From Selaginella moellendorffii (lineage: Eukaryota; Plantae; Lycopodiophyta), in assembly GCF_000143415.4 (NCBI RefSeq), contig NW_003314328.1:242995-306994 (forward strand): a stretch of DNA of 64,000 bases. Direction: 5' to 3'. A program made the translations under genes and the position numbers. The notes under the pieces were generated by a model that was not told the origin of the DNA, searched no databases, and saw only the letters and a program-made list of their open reading frames with translations. Shown here piece after piece: positions 13,500 to 25,900 of this stretch. How positions within the stretch are numbered: position 1 is the stretch's first letter; every line of letters begins with the position of its first letter.

Positions 13500-13834
13500 T
13501 GTCATGAATCCCCCAATTCTTGCCACATTCCTAACTCTCGCCGAATTCCTGACCTGCAGACCACATTCCTGACTCTCGAGACACTTCCTGATTCCTGAGT
13601 CTCGAGCCACATTCCTAATGATGATGTGGCGCCTCCTCGACCTCAGCTATATTTAGGCCGTCCTCGATCCAAGAGTGGTGGAGCTTCATCAACCTATAGT
13701 ATATATAGGTTAGCCTTGTTCCATTTCTCCATAATCTGAATCAACGCCAGTCTAAGGCCTTTTCTTTGTTTCCACTAGCTTTTCTCTTTGTCTTTTTGCA
13801 TTTTCCAGTCTTGATCTTGTCAGGGGTCTTGATA
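13500..13834 (+). repeat. 5' LTR (335 bp)
   Basis: Direct repeat of 18066-18426; TATA-like TATATATA at ~13700. Confidence 0.95.
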
Positions 13835-13918
13835 GTTTGATTCAGATTGTGTTTTTTCGTTTTTTGATTCAGCTCGTTTTGATTGTTTGATTACCTTTGC
13901 CTTTTTTTTTCCCCCTGT

Positions 13919-14323
13919 GTCAAGGATTTGTTGCTCACCATGGAGGATCCCAAGGACTTGTCGGATGCCATCAACAAAGCTGTTCGATGTGATAATTGCC
14001 TCTTTGAACGTCGTCATAAAAGTCGCCGCGCCACTGTTTTTCCGTCCCAGACTTAGAAATCCTAGCTTGAGTCTTCGGGGCATACTCCTGAACCTACTGC
14101 TCCAGTTCCGATGGATATTTCTGGTACTCCCTGACTCATTAGAGGGAAGTTGAGTCCTACTGAGAAGAAACGTTAAATATCTCATAATCTTTGCCTCTAT
14201 TGTGCTGATCCTAATCACAAAGCAGCTGTATGTCCCAAGAAGCTTCCTCGACTGCTCGAGTTCACTTTACCTCAAAGTCCACCTCTATTGCAGTCGGGAA
14301 ACGACCCTGTCCAAACAGAGTAG
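13919..14323 (+). pseudogene. gag: gag C-terminal remnant with zinc knuckle
   Basis: VKDLLLTMEDPKDLSDAINKAVRCDN...PVPMDI...CLYCADPNHKAAVC...QSGNDPVQTE*; several internal stops; N-terminal gag missing. Confidence 0.85.
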
Positions 14324-17300
14324 GAGCTGTCTGTTTGGACTCCCCGAATAAAAATCACTTTTCTTCTTTATCAAGCTCCTCACCACCTTTCATCAAAGCC
14401 ACCACCAATTCCCGCAACTTCCGTGTCCTATGTCTCCTTTCTTTCACCGGACAATCAGGACTCAAGGCTCTGGCGTTACTAGACTCGGGTGCAACTTCCT
14501 GCTTCATGGACACGGACTTTGCTGCCCGACATCACGTTCCTCTTTCTCCTACCATATGGGATTTGAGGGTTGAAGGCATCGGCGGGCATTTTGTGTCTCC
14601 ATCTTCTGGACTTAGGGAAACGTTGCCCGTTCGAGTACACATCGGGTCCACCGTCACCGATATCGCCTTCAACATCATCAACAGCAAGTCCTCCTCTGTG
14701 GTGCTCGGTCTTCCTTGGTTCCAACTACATCAGCCTCAGATCTGTTGGAAGGAATTACAGCTCATCTCTCCCACGGCTTCCCCTGCTGTTCATCGAGTCC
14801 GAATCAGGAAATGTTCCCTAAACTCAAATTGGGGTTCTGTTCCTGACTCTATAAAGTTTTCACCCTCTTCTTTTTCCTCTCTTCCATCTTACACTGGACC
14901 GTATCCTCATCTCATCATTCCATTTAGTCGTACGCCTCCTCCTATCTCCACAATCACTATGAAAAAACTCCTTCATGAAGAACCTCTTTTTCTTTTTGCT
15001 TTACATGTTTCTCCTGTCAGTCTTCCTGAGAAGTATCATGATTTTAGGGATGTGTTTGACAAGAAAAAAGCTAGTGTACTGCCTGTTCATCGGCCTTATG
15101 ATTGTCCCATTGATTTACAGGAAGGAGCATCACCTCCGTAGGGGCCTATCTACGGGTTATCCCCATTCGAGCTTAAGGCCCTCAAAGAGTACGTGGATGA
15201 GAACCTTGCCTCGGGCTACATTCAGCATTCGCAATCCCCGGCTGGAGCGCCTGTCTTCTTTGTCAAGAAGAAGGATGGGAGCTTGCAGTTAGTCATTGAC
15301 TACCGAGGTTTGAACAAGGTGACTGATCGGAACCGTTATCCGCTGCCCCTGATCTCGGACCTGTTGGAACGCCTCGGTGGTGCCCGCTTCTTCACCAAGA
15401 TCGACCTCCGTGGAGCATACAACCTGATCCGGATCCGGCCTGGTGATGAATGGAAGACTGCGTTCCGAACTCGCTATGGCCATTTCAAGTACACTGTCAT
15501 GCCATTTGGCTTGACAAATGCTCCAGCAGTTTTCCAACACATGGCGAACGACGTCTTTCGGGAGTTTCTTGATCAGATGGTGATCGTCTACCTCGATGAC
15601 ATCCTCATCTACTCAAAAACTCAGGAGGAGCATGACGAACATGTACGCAAGGTGCTAGCGAAGCTGCGAGAACACGGCCTATACGCAAAGCTTGAGAAAC
15701 GTTCCTTTGATCAGCAGTCTGTGGAGTTCCTTGGGTACATTGTCACTCCTGAGGGTATCACGATGGATCCTGCCAAAGTCAAGACTATTCTCGAATGGGA
15801 GCCTCCACAATCAATGTCAGACGTTCAGGTTTTCCTTGGCTTCGCCAACTTCTACCGCAAATTCATTGATCACTACTCTGACATTGTCCTTCCTCTCACA
15901 CATCTCACTCGCAAGGATGTTCCCTTCTCTTGGTCTGCTGTTGCCCAGCAAGCCTTCGACACACTCAAGGCGGCCTTCAGTTCTGCTCCTATCTTGATCC
16001 ATGCTGATTCCTCACAACCTTTCTTCATCGAGGCTGACGCCTCCGACTTTGCCATTGGTGTTGTGCTGTCTCAACTCGGAGCGGATCACAAACTTCATCC
16101 GGTCGCTTTCCATTCTCGGAAATTCCAGCCTGTGGAGATCAATTACAAAATCCACGACAAGGAGCTCCTTGCCATCGTGGATTCCTTTGGAGAGTGGCAC
16201 CGTTTCTTGGAGGGGGCGAGCCATCAAACAATAGTCTAGACGGATCACAAAAATCTCGAGTACTTTGCCACTTCCCGAGTTTTAAGCCGTCGTCAAGCAA
16301 GGTGGGCACAATTCCTGAGTCGGTTTGACTTTGTTATCAAGTACAGACCTGGAAAGTTTTAAGGCCTTCCTGATGCTCTTTCAAGGCGCTCCTATCTCAG
16401 TCTCAGGCCTGGTAATCCTGCCTTCGATCAATAGGATCAAGTTATCCTCGGTCCTGATCGGCTTCAAGTTATAGCAATTTCCCTGGCCCCTCAGGACTCC
16501 TCCTTGATGGATGCAATCAGAAATGATCTTCAATCCGATGATCTCGCTAGCGACATCTTCCCCCATCTTCAGGCTGGACACCCAGTGACTCCCGACTGCC
16601 GCCGATTTGACGAGTTCGAGTTCTTAGATGGCTTATTGTACCGTGGGGAGCAGCTTTACGTTCCTGAAGGTGATGCTCGAAGGTTGGTCCTGATGGCGTG
16701 CCACGATAGCCCGACTGCTGGTCACTTCGACATTGCGAAAACCTATGAGCTAATTGCACGGGACTTTTGGTGGCCTCACATGGACGACTACATCAAAGCT
16801 TTTGTTACCTCCTGTGACACTTGTGCCCGGAATAAGGTACCTCGCCACCTTCCTTCAGGTTTGCTTCGTTCCCTTCCGGTCCCTTTAGGTCCTTGGGAAT
16901 CCATCTCCATGGATTTCTTGAGTGATCTTTCGAGTTCTGGAGGCTTCAACAGCATTTTAGTCGTGGTGGATCGCTTCACAAAGATGGCGCACTTCTTGCC
17001 ATGTACCAAGGAGTTTTCGGGCGAGGACATGGCAAAACTGGTATTCAGGGAAATTTTCCGACTTCATGGGATTCCTACAGATGTGGTTTCGGATCGGGGG
17101 CCTCAGTTCATCTCTCATTTTTGGCAACAGTTTTTGCAGCTGCTTGGAGTGAAGGCCAACCTCTCTTTGGCATATCATCCTCAAACTGATGGGCAGTCCG
17201 AGCGAACGATTCAGATGTTGGAACAATTCTTGAGGTGCTTCATCAACTATCATCAGGATAACTGGTTCGATATCCTTCCCCTTGCTGAGTTCTCCTATAA

Positions 17301-18054
17301 CAACTCTGTTCACTCCTCTCTTTGAGTTTCCCCCTTCTTTGCGAACTCTGGCCGAAATCCCCGATTCAATCTCTCACTTCCTTCTCCATCTGAATCCTCT
17401 CGTTCAAATCCCCGCTCTGAGGCATTTATCTCCAACCTCCAGGAAATCCACAAATCCATCTCCTTCCACCTCCATCGTGCTCAGGAATCTCATAAAACAT
17501 TTGCCAATGTCCATCGTCAGGATTGTCCCCCTTACAATATCGGGGATAAAGTCTGGCTCCTCAGGCGAAATATCTCCACCACCAGGCCCTGTCCAAAACT
17601 TGATTTCAAACGCCTTGGTCTTTTCCCTATCACTGCCATCATTAATCTTGTGACTTATCACCTTGCACTTCCCTCCTCATGTCAAATTCACCCCGTTTTT
17701 CACTCCTCTCTCCTTGAGCCTTATATTCCCAGTCCTATTCCAAATCAGGTCATTCCTCCGTCTCCACCAGTGCAGCTCGAGGATGGGTCTGAGTACGAGG
17801 TTTAGGACATCCTTGATTCCAAGATTTCACGGTCTAAACTCTACTATCTGGTGGAATGGAAGGGTTACGGACCTGAGGACTGCACTTGAGAACCTGCGGA
17901 CAACCTGATTCATTCTCCTGACCTTGTTCAGGACTTCCACTGCCGCTATCCTTCTCATCCTAGTCCTCATTCTTTTTCTCCATCTCCCATCCCTCGCCAC
18001 TCATCTCATCCTCCTCTTCGTTCTCGTTCACATCCTCGTTCCACTCGTTCTTGA
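14296..18054 (+). pseudogene. pol: pol polyprotein (PR-RT-RH-IN-CHD) with several nonsense codons
   Basis: ORFs 14230-15141, 15193-16239 and 16504-17325 share one frame and are separated only by stop codons. Confidence 0.95.
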
Positions 18055-18065
18055 GGAGGGGGTGC

Positions 18066-18426
18066 TATCAGGAATCCCCTAATTCTTGCCACATTCCTAA
18101 CTCTCGCCGGATTCCTGACCTGCAGACCACATTCCTGACTCTTGAGACACTTCCCTATTCCTGACTCTCGAGACACTTCTCGATTCCTGAGTCACGAGCC
18201 ACATTCCTGATGATGATGTGGCGCCTCCTCGACCTCAGCTATATTTAGGCCGTCCTCGATCCAAGAGTGGTGGAGCTTCATTAACCTATAGTATATATAG
18301 GTTAGCCTTGTTTCATTTCTCCACAATCTGAATCAACGCCAGTCTAAGGCCTTTTCTTTGTTTCCACTAGCTTTTCTCTTTGTCTTTTTGCATTTTCCAG
18401 TCTTGATCTTGTCAAGGGTCTTGACA
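18066..18426 (+). repeat. 3' LTR (361 bp, one extra 26-bp internal unit)
   Basis: Direct repeat of the 5' LTR, ends TGACA. Confidence 0.95.
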
Positions 18427-20299
18427 GCAATCACTAAAGATATTTATTTGTGATTCCTAGTATTGGGCATGTTTGGAATTTATAAACAATTTTCTCTCAA
18501 TTGTTTTTCAAGCTAAAGAGTGACAGTATATCCCATTGTGATTGCCAAAAGTGAGTAATGTTTTTTTTGCCTATACTCGTGTTCTCACCCTTATCTGCAA
18601 AATAGTGACAAATAAACAAAGACAAAAACATACAAGGAGAGAAAAAGAAGAGAAATAAAAAGATTGAGAATAGAATAGAATTCAACCTCAAACCCCAAAT
18701 GTGTAAGCAAAGATAAACATATATCACTCTTTCAATTCTACTTTGCACAAACAATTATACGCGGGAGAAAAGATGATTAATTCAATACAAATTCATATAA
18801 TAGTGTGTTGGGGGTTGTTTTTCAACACGTCTAAGTTTTATTTATATACTACATGATTTTATAACTGTTTCTAACTACTTTTCACCTAGGTTGAGTTTTT
18901 CTTTTTTGGATGCTTAACCTTAGGTATAACTCTATTTAGCCTAAGGTTTTTTCTTTTTCTTTGTCTGGGAAAATATACAACATAAGAAATTTATCTCTTC
19001 ATATTTTATAAATAAACATAAAAATGTTAGTAAATAGTAAATTCAAACAATAAAGTTAATTCTAGTCTAAAATGAGATTATTATAAATTACCTTTATAAT
19101 ATGGAATCTAAATATCTAGTTCCTCAATACAAGAACTCTTAGGAAAATTATGTATTTATATCATTGTAGTTTATAATTTCAATAATTTTGAATATCATTA
19201 AATTTAATTTAAATTTAGATATATAAATTTAAATAAATCAAAGTTATTTATATTTTATTTTGTTGGTATTTATTTTTCAGGCTTTAACACTAATATATAT
19301 CTAGTCTACTCCATCAAGTTAGAATGAATGAGTTTTATTGTTATAATGTACCAATGAACATTAAACTGACACAACTATATTAATTAGAAACTTTTATTGA
19401 ACTAACAAAATGAGGTTTTAATATTAATTTGAAAAAATACCTTTCATATATGAATCATCTATTATTATGCATAATTCTTTATTCACAGGTTAAATAATAT
19501 TATACTAAATTTTTAAATTGATATTTGAGTGATTCTCCTATTATGAACACTACTAAAACTCACTTTTCCAATTAGTTATTTTCAGTAGAAACCTTATTCT
19601 TAAAAAAGAGAAATTTTAAAGATTTTTTTCATATCTCAAATGTTATTGTTTATGAAAATATTTTTATGAAAATATCTAAACTTAAATTTTTTATAGTTTT
19701 TCTTATTTTTAATCAAGCTCTCTTGCAGTCCTTATCTATAGTTAAGTGTGTTAGAAAATATACTAAACCTTTTTATAATATGCTACAATGTTTTTGGAAA
19801 AATGCCTAATGTAGTGATATTAAAAAGGGCTAAAATGATTAAATTTTACTAATTTTATTATGATAAAAATTTATTATTATTATATTTATATTATGATAGT
19901 ATTTGTGATTATCATTAAAATACTTCCAATGTTTTAAATTTTGCTTTTTGAATATTTTTCCTGATTAAATTGCTTTAGATAGGATTTTTGTGGATTAGCC
20001 AGTAGAGGTAGTTATTCACTTAACTATATGAATTTTTCTTATTTTCATGAACTGTCTTTAATTTCAATTTTAAGTTGCAGAATATATGATATTATAAACT
20101 TGCATAGAACCATTGATTGAGGGGTAAAGTGTTAAGAGAATGGCACTCTCGGGAGAGTTGTAGCTCTTAACTTTCGTTCATGAGGGCATGAACTTGTAGT
20201 GAAGTATGGTGGATTGTAAACAATCAAAAAGAATAACTTGAAATATGATCCATGAAATTTAAATATAAAAAAAAATATAACTTATGAACAAGAGTGCAC

Positions 20300-21200
20300 T
20301 TTTTTTTCCAATTAGTTAAAAGTTTTATGATAATTGAGGTTAAACGTCCTTGGATTTGAGTAATACTTAGATTTAAGTAGTACCATCTTGAGAAGTTTAA
20401 ATTCAAGAGCTTATAAAGTGATGTTTATCATTCTTAATCAATGGAAATTAGCTGATAAAACAATTTAAATATTTTGATTTGTTTGATTCATTTAATCATT
20501 TTTATTCCAAATTCATTTTTTCTTGGACTTGCTAGTAGATGTTGTGACTGAGCTGAACAATCTCAATAAGGTATTTCAATATAACTTCAAAAAGTGCATT
20601 GAGGTAATAGCTCATCTTAATACTACCATAGAGAAAGTAAAGTGAAAGTACCTTAATTTACAATTTGATGTTCATTCTCTAGTATTAGCTATTTCTCTTT
20701 AAAGGTCTTGGTGTGGAAAATTAACATATAAAGATAAAGTTAGCCAAAAGATAGTCCAAAAGCTCTACTATGATTTTGTTGTGAATGTGACTAAGAAGAA
20801 GAATACAAGTAGCATTGACTTGAATGAAGAACCACCACAACAAACATAATTGTTACATTTAAAAGACTATTAATGCACTCTAAAGATAGGTTTCCTTAAG
20901 AACATGAAACTCTTTAATGCTTGACTTTATCCTACTAAGAACCTTGCTAATAGAAAGAATTGGTTGGAGAAATTATTGGAACATTCAAAACAAACAAATT
21001 AACTTGGGCATAATGAGTTTGAGGAATTTATTTAGATCTTTCTATGCATTTTGATCAAGAATGGGATGAGTGAAGGTTGGATAATTTGCTCAAGACTAAA
21101 ATTCATTAAAGTTCACATCTAGAGACCATAGATGTTATTATGTTCCTAAATGCAGAGGAGTGAGACTTGGTCAACTAAGACTTAGCATTAAACTTATAGA
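20300..21200 (+). mobile_element. Possible decayed hAT-type transposase remnant
   Basis: Short translation FLDLLVDVVTELNNLNKVFQ (~20520-20580) resembles a hAT transposase segment; otherwise AT-rich and stop-riddled. Confidence 0.3.
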
Positions 21201-21559
21201 TGATAATAAAAGATAGACAAGAGTTAAATGTAAATAAGTTTTTCTTTTACATGAATATTATATCATATGAAACAATTTTTTAATACCTGCTTTTTCTATA
21301 AAAAGAAAATTAAAGAAAAGGTTTTAAGAAAGACCATGAAAATTTATGCCTGACTACACCAATTATTCATGTCCCATACGTAGTGATTAATATTAAATTA
21401 ACAAATAGTGAGAGCTCAAACTTTCATTTAGTATACAATTTTAATTAGCTAAGTTGGACAAAAAACAATCTTTTGCCCTTAATAAACAAGATCATATAGT
21501 TTATAGTAAGCTGAAAAGCGTGTTTTCCATAATCGCTCTTTTCTGGTGAAAGCTCCCTT

Positions 21560-22569
21560 TCAGCTTCTCATACTCCAGCGATGTGACGATGGTGGTGTTG
21601 TGAATCGGGTTGATGTTGGCGGTGAGCTCCAGCGGCTCGACGATGGCGGCGTCTGGTCGGTGACATCCCACTGCCACAGTGGCGTTCTTGGAGACGTCGC
21701 GGTTTGCTGATCCTTGAGCGAGAGCTTGGCCGCCCGTGGCGCTAGATCCTCCGCCTCCGGCTCAATGAATGGCTCGGGTTTCTTCTTTCCCCTGGGCGGT
21801 GGCGTCACGGCCTTGGATCTGGGAGTCGTTCTCACGCTCGGCAGTGGGCTGGATTTGGCGTAGTCGAGGATGTCGATCGGGACGTCTTTGTCCTTGGACA
21901 TCCATCGCCTCAGCCATCGCTCGCCTTCTTCATCCATTCCCTGAAATTCCACCGCGTTGCGAACTACTCGATCCTGAACTTTCTTCGTGCTCTGGAATGG
22001 CGGGTCTAGCTTTCCCTGGATCTTGTGACGCTTCACGCTCGGCTCTTTCAATCTGTGAATGGAACGCGTGGATGAGGAACCCAGGGAGAGGAAGAAACCA
22101 CCATAGAACTGGAAAGATCAGTCGAGTTTTACTTGAATGCCTCCCCTCTCATGAGACCTGTGGACTTGCGTCGCCACATTGATCCTGGCTTTCTGTTCTT
22201 GATGTCGCGCAATCGCGTCAAAAACCAGAGATTGTCCATGTCAATCTGGTGGAATCGATCTGGGATGAAAAATGTTTTGGAATCGATTCCAAGAAATGTT
22301 GTTAAGATCGAAAGATGGAGAGGAGAATCCGAGAGCTAGCCAGGAAGTAGACACTCACTCTGCCAGAGTCGCTCCTTCTTCTGCTCGAGCGCCTTTCTGG
22401 GGCCTTGATCAGGGAGTTGATTGTCCACCGCCGGCTTCATGGAGCGAATCCGGTGGCGATGCCCTTCCATTTGCTTGTCCTCCTCCCACTGCAAGTACTT
22501 CGTCTTCTTCATGAATTTCTTCATGCTAAGCTCCCGGAGGAGCGCCGGGGTCAGCCCCATCGCTCGCAA
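21560..22569 (-). CDS. CFAP97/Hemingway (KIAA1430)-like protein, 3 exons (22569-22359, 22259-22133, 22052-21560), ~277 aa
   Basis: GT-AG junctions give one open frame; KYLQWEEDKQMEGHRHRIRSMKPAVDNQLP...KKERLWQNRFHQIDMDNLWFLTRLRDI resembles CFAP97D1/D2 N-termini as recalled; start codon could be a later ATG. Confidence 0.6.
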
Positions 22570-22901
22570 CAGCCCTAAATTTTCATTTGAAAACTCTCTT
22601 TTAGCGGGCTCTCTCGCCCCTCAATCGGTTTGAATGCCCCTCCTCACATCCGCCACAGACGCGCGATGGATATTTCTCCGGGATGGACGGCTGGGATGGC
22701 GCAGGGCTTTCTTCGATAATTTGCTAGGGTTTAAGCAATTCTTAGGGTTCTTGGCGAAGCGTTCGTCTCGCAGCTCGACGCATTGTGGAAAATGCTGCTC
22801 AGGGCTGGAGCGCGCTGGTCGCGATAGTGGATTCTAGGTGGCAGTCATCCACGGCCTGGCCGGCATGCGGGGGATTTCGCAGCAATCGCGTTGCCTGTGA
22901 G

Positions 22902-25900
22902 ATGTTGCGGGTTTTGAGATTCCATCCGCCGCTGAGGAGCGGGCGGAGGCTAGATGTTGCCGCGAGGAGTAGTAGTAGAGGACAGGAGCAAATTCCCAAC
23001 TGGGAGAGGCTACGGAGGCTTATGCAAGAGAATGACGGTCAGGCGGGGAGTAGTTTTGGCAGCAGCAGCAGCAGCAGCTACTTCCAGAACGATGTGGAGA
23101 CTTTCTCCAATCCACAAAGCTTGCCAAGTCCGAATTTTCCCTCCGGGCAGCAACGCCGGGCATTGCATTCTATGGCATTCAACCGAGCTCAACCTCGCGG
23201 CTACTACGAGTATTCCGAGGATGACGATTTGGACGATAGAAATGGAGGGCCTCCAGCAGAGGTAAGTTTGTGTATGATTTCTCTTTTGCCAAAAGCGTCT
23301 CTCTTTTAGAATCTCCACTATGTCAACTTGGACGAGTGGCGTTTGCGGCTAACAAAATTTTTGAGAAACAAAGAACAAACCGAGATCATATCGAGGGAAG
23401 CTCGGGATCGAAGATATATCGAGCCTTTGACACTTCTCGCCAAAGAAATGGGACTTCATTGGTAATGTATAGCGGTTTCTCCTATTGACTTGAGACGCTT
23501 AGCTTCTTTGTTTGCGCAGCCAAATGTTTGGCAAAGCTGTTGCGATAAGCAAGAAGCCTTTGCCGCATTACAGGCCCGACCTTGACGATAAGCGTCCTCA
23601 AAGAGAGGTGATTTGTAGTTTCCTTTTATTTTGTTCTTGTGATTTAATCTGGCACGATACAGGTCTCGTTCTCCATACTGACGCACAGACGAACGAATGC
23701 ATTGCTTGAGCAACATTTGCGTCTCAAGAGAATGTCAGCTGACACGTCTAGAAGAGCTCTTAGGGGGCCTGAAAGGTCGGCCAGCAGTTATGAAGAAAGC
23801 CCCACAACTACGATGCAGAGGAGCCGCCGGCTTGAAGCAAAAATGAAAGAATGGGAGGTTTGTGCTATGTGATGGTGTTAAACATCTTTTATTGACATTG
23901 ATCTTGTGTAGGAATCCGAAGAGGGTCAAAAAATGATGACTATACGGAGAAACTTGCCTTCTTTCAAAGAGAAAGCCGGGCTACTAGAAGTGATTGCGAA
24001 AAATCAGGTTGGAAGTTCTTTTTGTTGTTAAAGTTTCAAGAAATTCTTCTACAGGTTGTGGTGATTTCAGGAGAAACAGGATGTGGTAAAACAACTCAGC
24101 TTCCACAATATATTCTGGAGGCAGAGATTGAGGCAGGCAGAGGCGGTAGCTGTAACATTATTTGCACGCAACCTCGACGTATTTCAGCTGTTTCAGTGGC
24201 TGAAAGAGTTGCTTCTGAGAGGGGCGAGGTTATAGGCGAAACGGTAATCGAAGTCTGTCTTTTACTGTGTTTCTTGACGCTTTTGAGTTCAGATTGGATA
24301 TCAAGTGCGTTTAGAAGGTATAAGAAGTCGAAATACCCGACTGCTTTTTTGTACAACGGGAATTCTGTTGAGACGCTTGTTGACTGACCCAAGTCTCAAG
24401 GGTGTGACGCATGTGATTGTTGATGAGATACATGAACGGGGCATGAATGAAGGTAAGGTTCTTTATTTCTCAAAACCGTGCTGAGCGTGGTCTTTTTTCT
24501 TTCTCAGATTTTCTTCTTGTTATTCTGAAGGAGCTTCTTCCTCAACGTCCTGACCTGAGGCTGGTGCTCATGAGCGCAACCTTGAACGCGGAGTTGTTTT
24601 CTAAGTACTTTTCTAAAGCACCAACTGCGCACATTCCGGTATTGAACAAAATTCCCGTTAATACTGTTAAATTCTACTAACGTAATTTTCATGCAGGGGT
24701 TCACGTACCCTGTTAAGAGCCACTTTCTGGAAGACGTACTCGATTTGACGGGCTATAGATTAAATCAATTTAATCAAGTTGACGATTATGGCCAAGACAA
24801 GCTGTGGAAAATGCAAAAGCAACTAGCTGCACGCAAAAGAAAGTCGCCTGTGGCCGCACTTGCCGAGGTTATCTGCGTGTGTTTGTATCGTATTTTTTCT
24901 CTAACATTTCGGAAGTTCAGGAGGCGATGGCTAGTCAGGCTTATAACGACAGGAGCGCCGGCACAAGGGAGTCTTTATCTTGCTGGAACTCGGACATTCT
25001 GAACTTCAATTTGATCCAGGCAACATTATTGCACATTTGCAAACAGGCGAGGGAAGGGGCAGTCCTGGTTTTCATGACTGGGTGGGAGGATATTAGTGCT
25101 TTACTGGACAAGCTCAAGCAGGACCCTGTGCTTGGTGACTCGAGAAAAGTTCTCCTTCTGGGATGCCACGGTTCAATGGCCACAGCAGAACAGGCTGGTC
25201 TTGCTTAATTTCTTGGTGGTATTTCGATGTTCGTGTCTAAATGTTTCTTTTTCTTTTTCTGCAGAAACTTATTTTCGAACATCCTCCTCCTGGTGTACGA
25301 AAGATTGTGCTGGCAACTAATATGGCTGAAACGAGTATCACTATCAATGACGTAGTGTTTGTGGTGGACGTGGGGAAAGCCAAGGAGACGTCTTACGACG
25401 CTTTGAATAACACGCCATGTCTTCTTCCTACGTGGATATCAAAAGCGTCTTCGCGGCAGGTATACTCTTGCTTCTCTATGGAAATGCGTTATTCTAACTT
25501 CTGTCTTGCAGCGTCGAGGAAGAGCAGGACGTGTAAAGCCAGGGGAATGTTATCATCTCTATCCCAAGGCCGTTCACGAAGCATTTGCGGAATATCAGCT
25601 GCCGGAGCTTCTTCGAACACCTTTGCATTCTTTATGCTTACAAATCAAGAGTTTGCAGCTTGGAGATGTTGCAATGTTCCTATCAAAGGCTATGCAACCA
25701 CCTGAAAATCTGGCGGTAAATATATAGTGTGTCTCTTGTCGTTTTTGACAAACATTTTTGGCGATGTATTTCAGGTAAAAAATGCGCTTGAATATTTGAC
25801 TACTATTGGAGCTTTGGATGAACAGCAGGAATTGACAGACTTAGGTACGTTGTTAAGCTGTGTCAATTTCAATATATTTTGTGTCACCCTTCCAGGAAGA

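Larger units (their letters stand above)
13500..18426 (+). mobile_element. Near-complete Tcn1/Tf1-like chromovirus (Ty3/gypsy) with 5'-deleted gag and stop-disrupted pol
   Basis: LTRs 13500-13834 and 18066-18426; TSD GCAAT at 13495-13499 and 18427-18431; PPT 18053-18065; order PR (LLDSGATSCF), RT (YLDD), RNase H (DASD), IN (HHCC, SDRGPQF, TDGQSER), chromodomain (YLVEWKGY). Confidence 0.97.
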
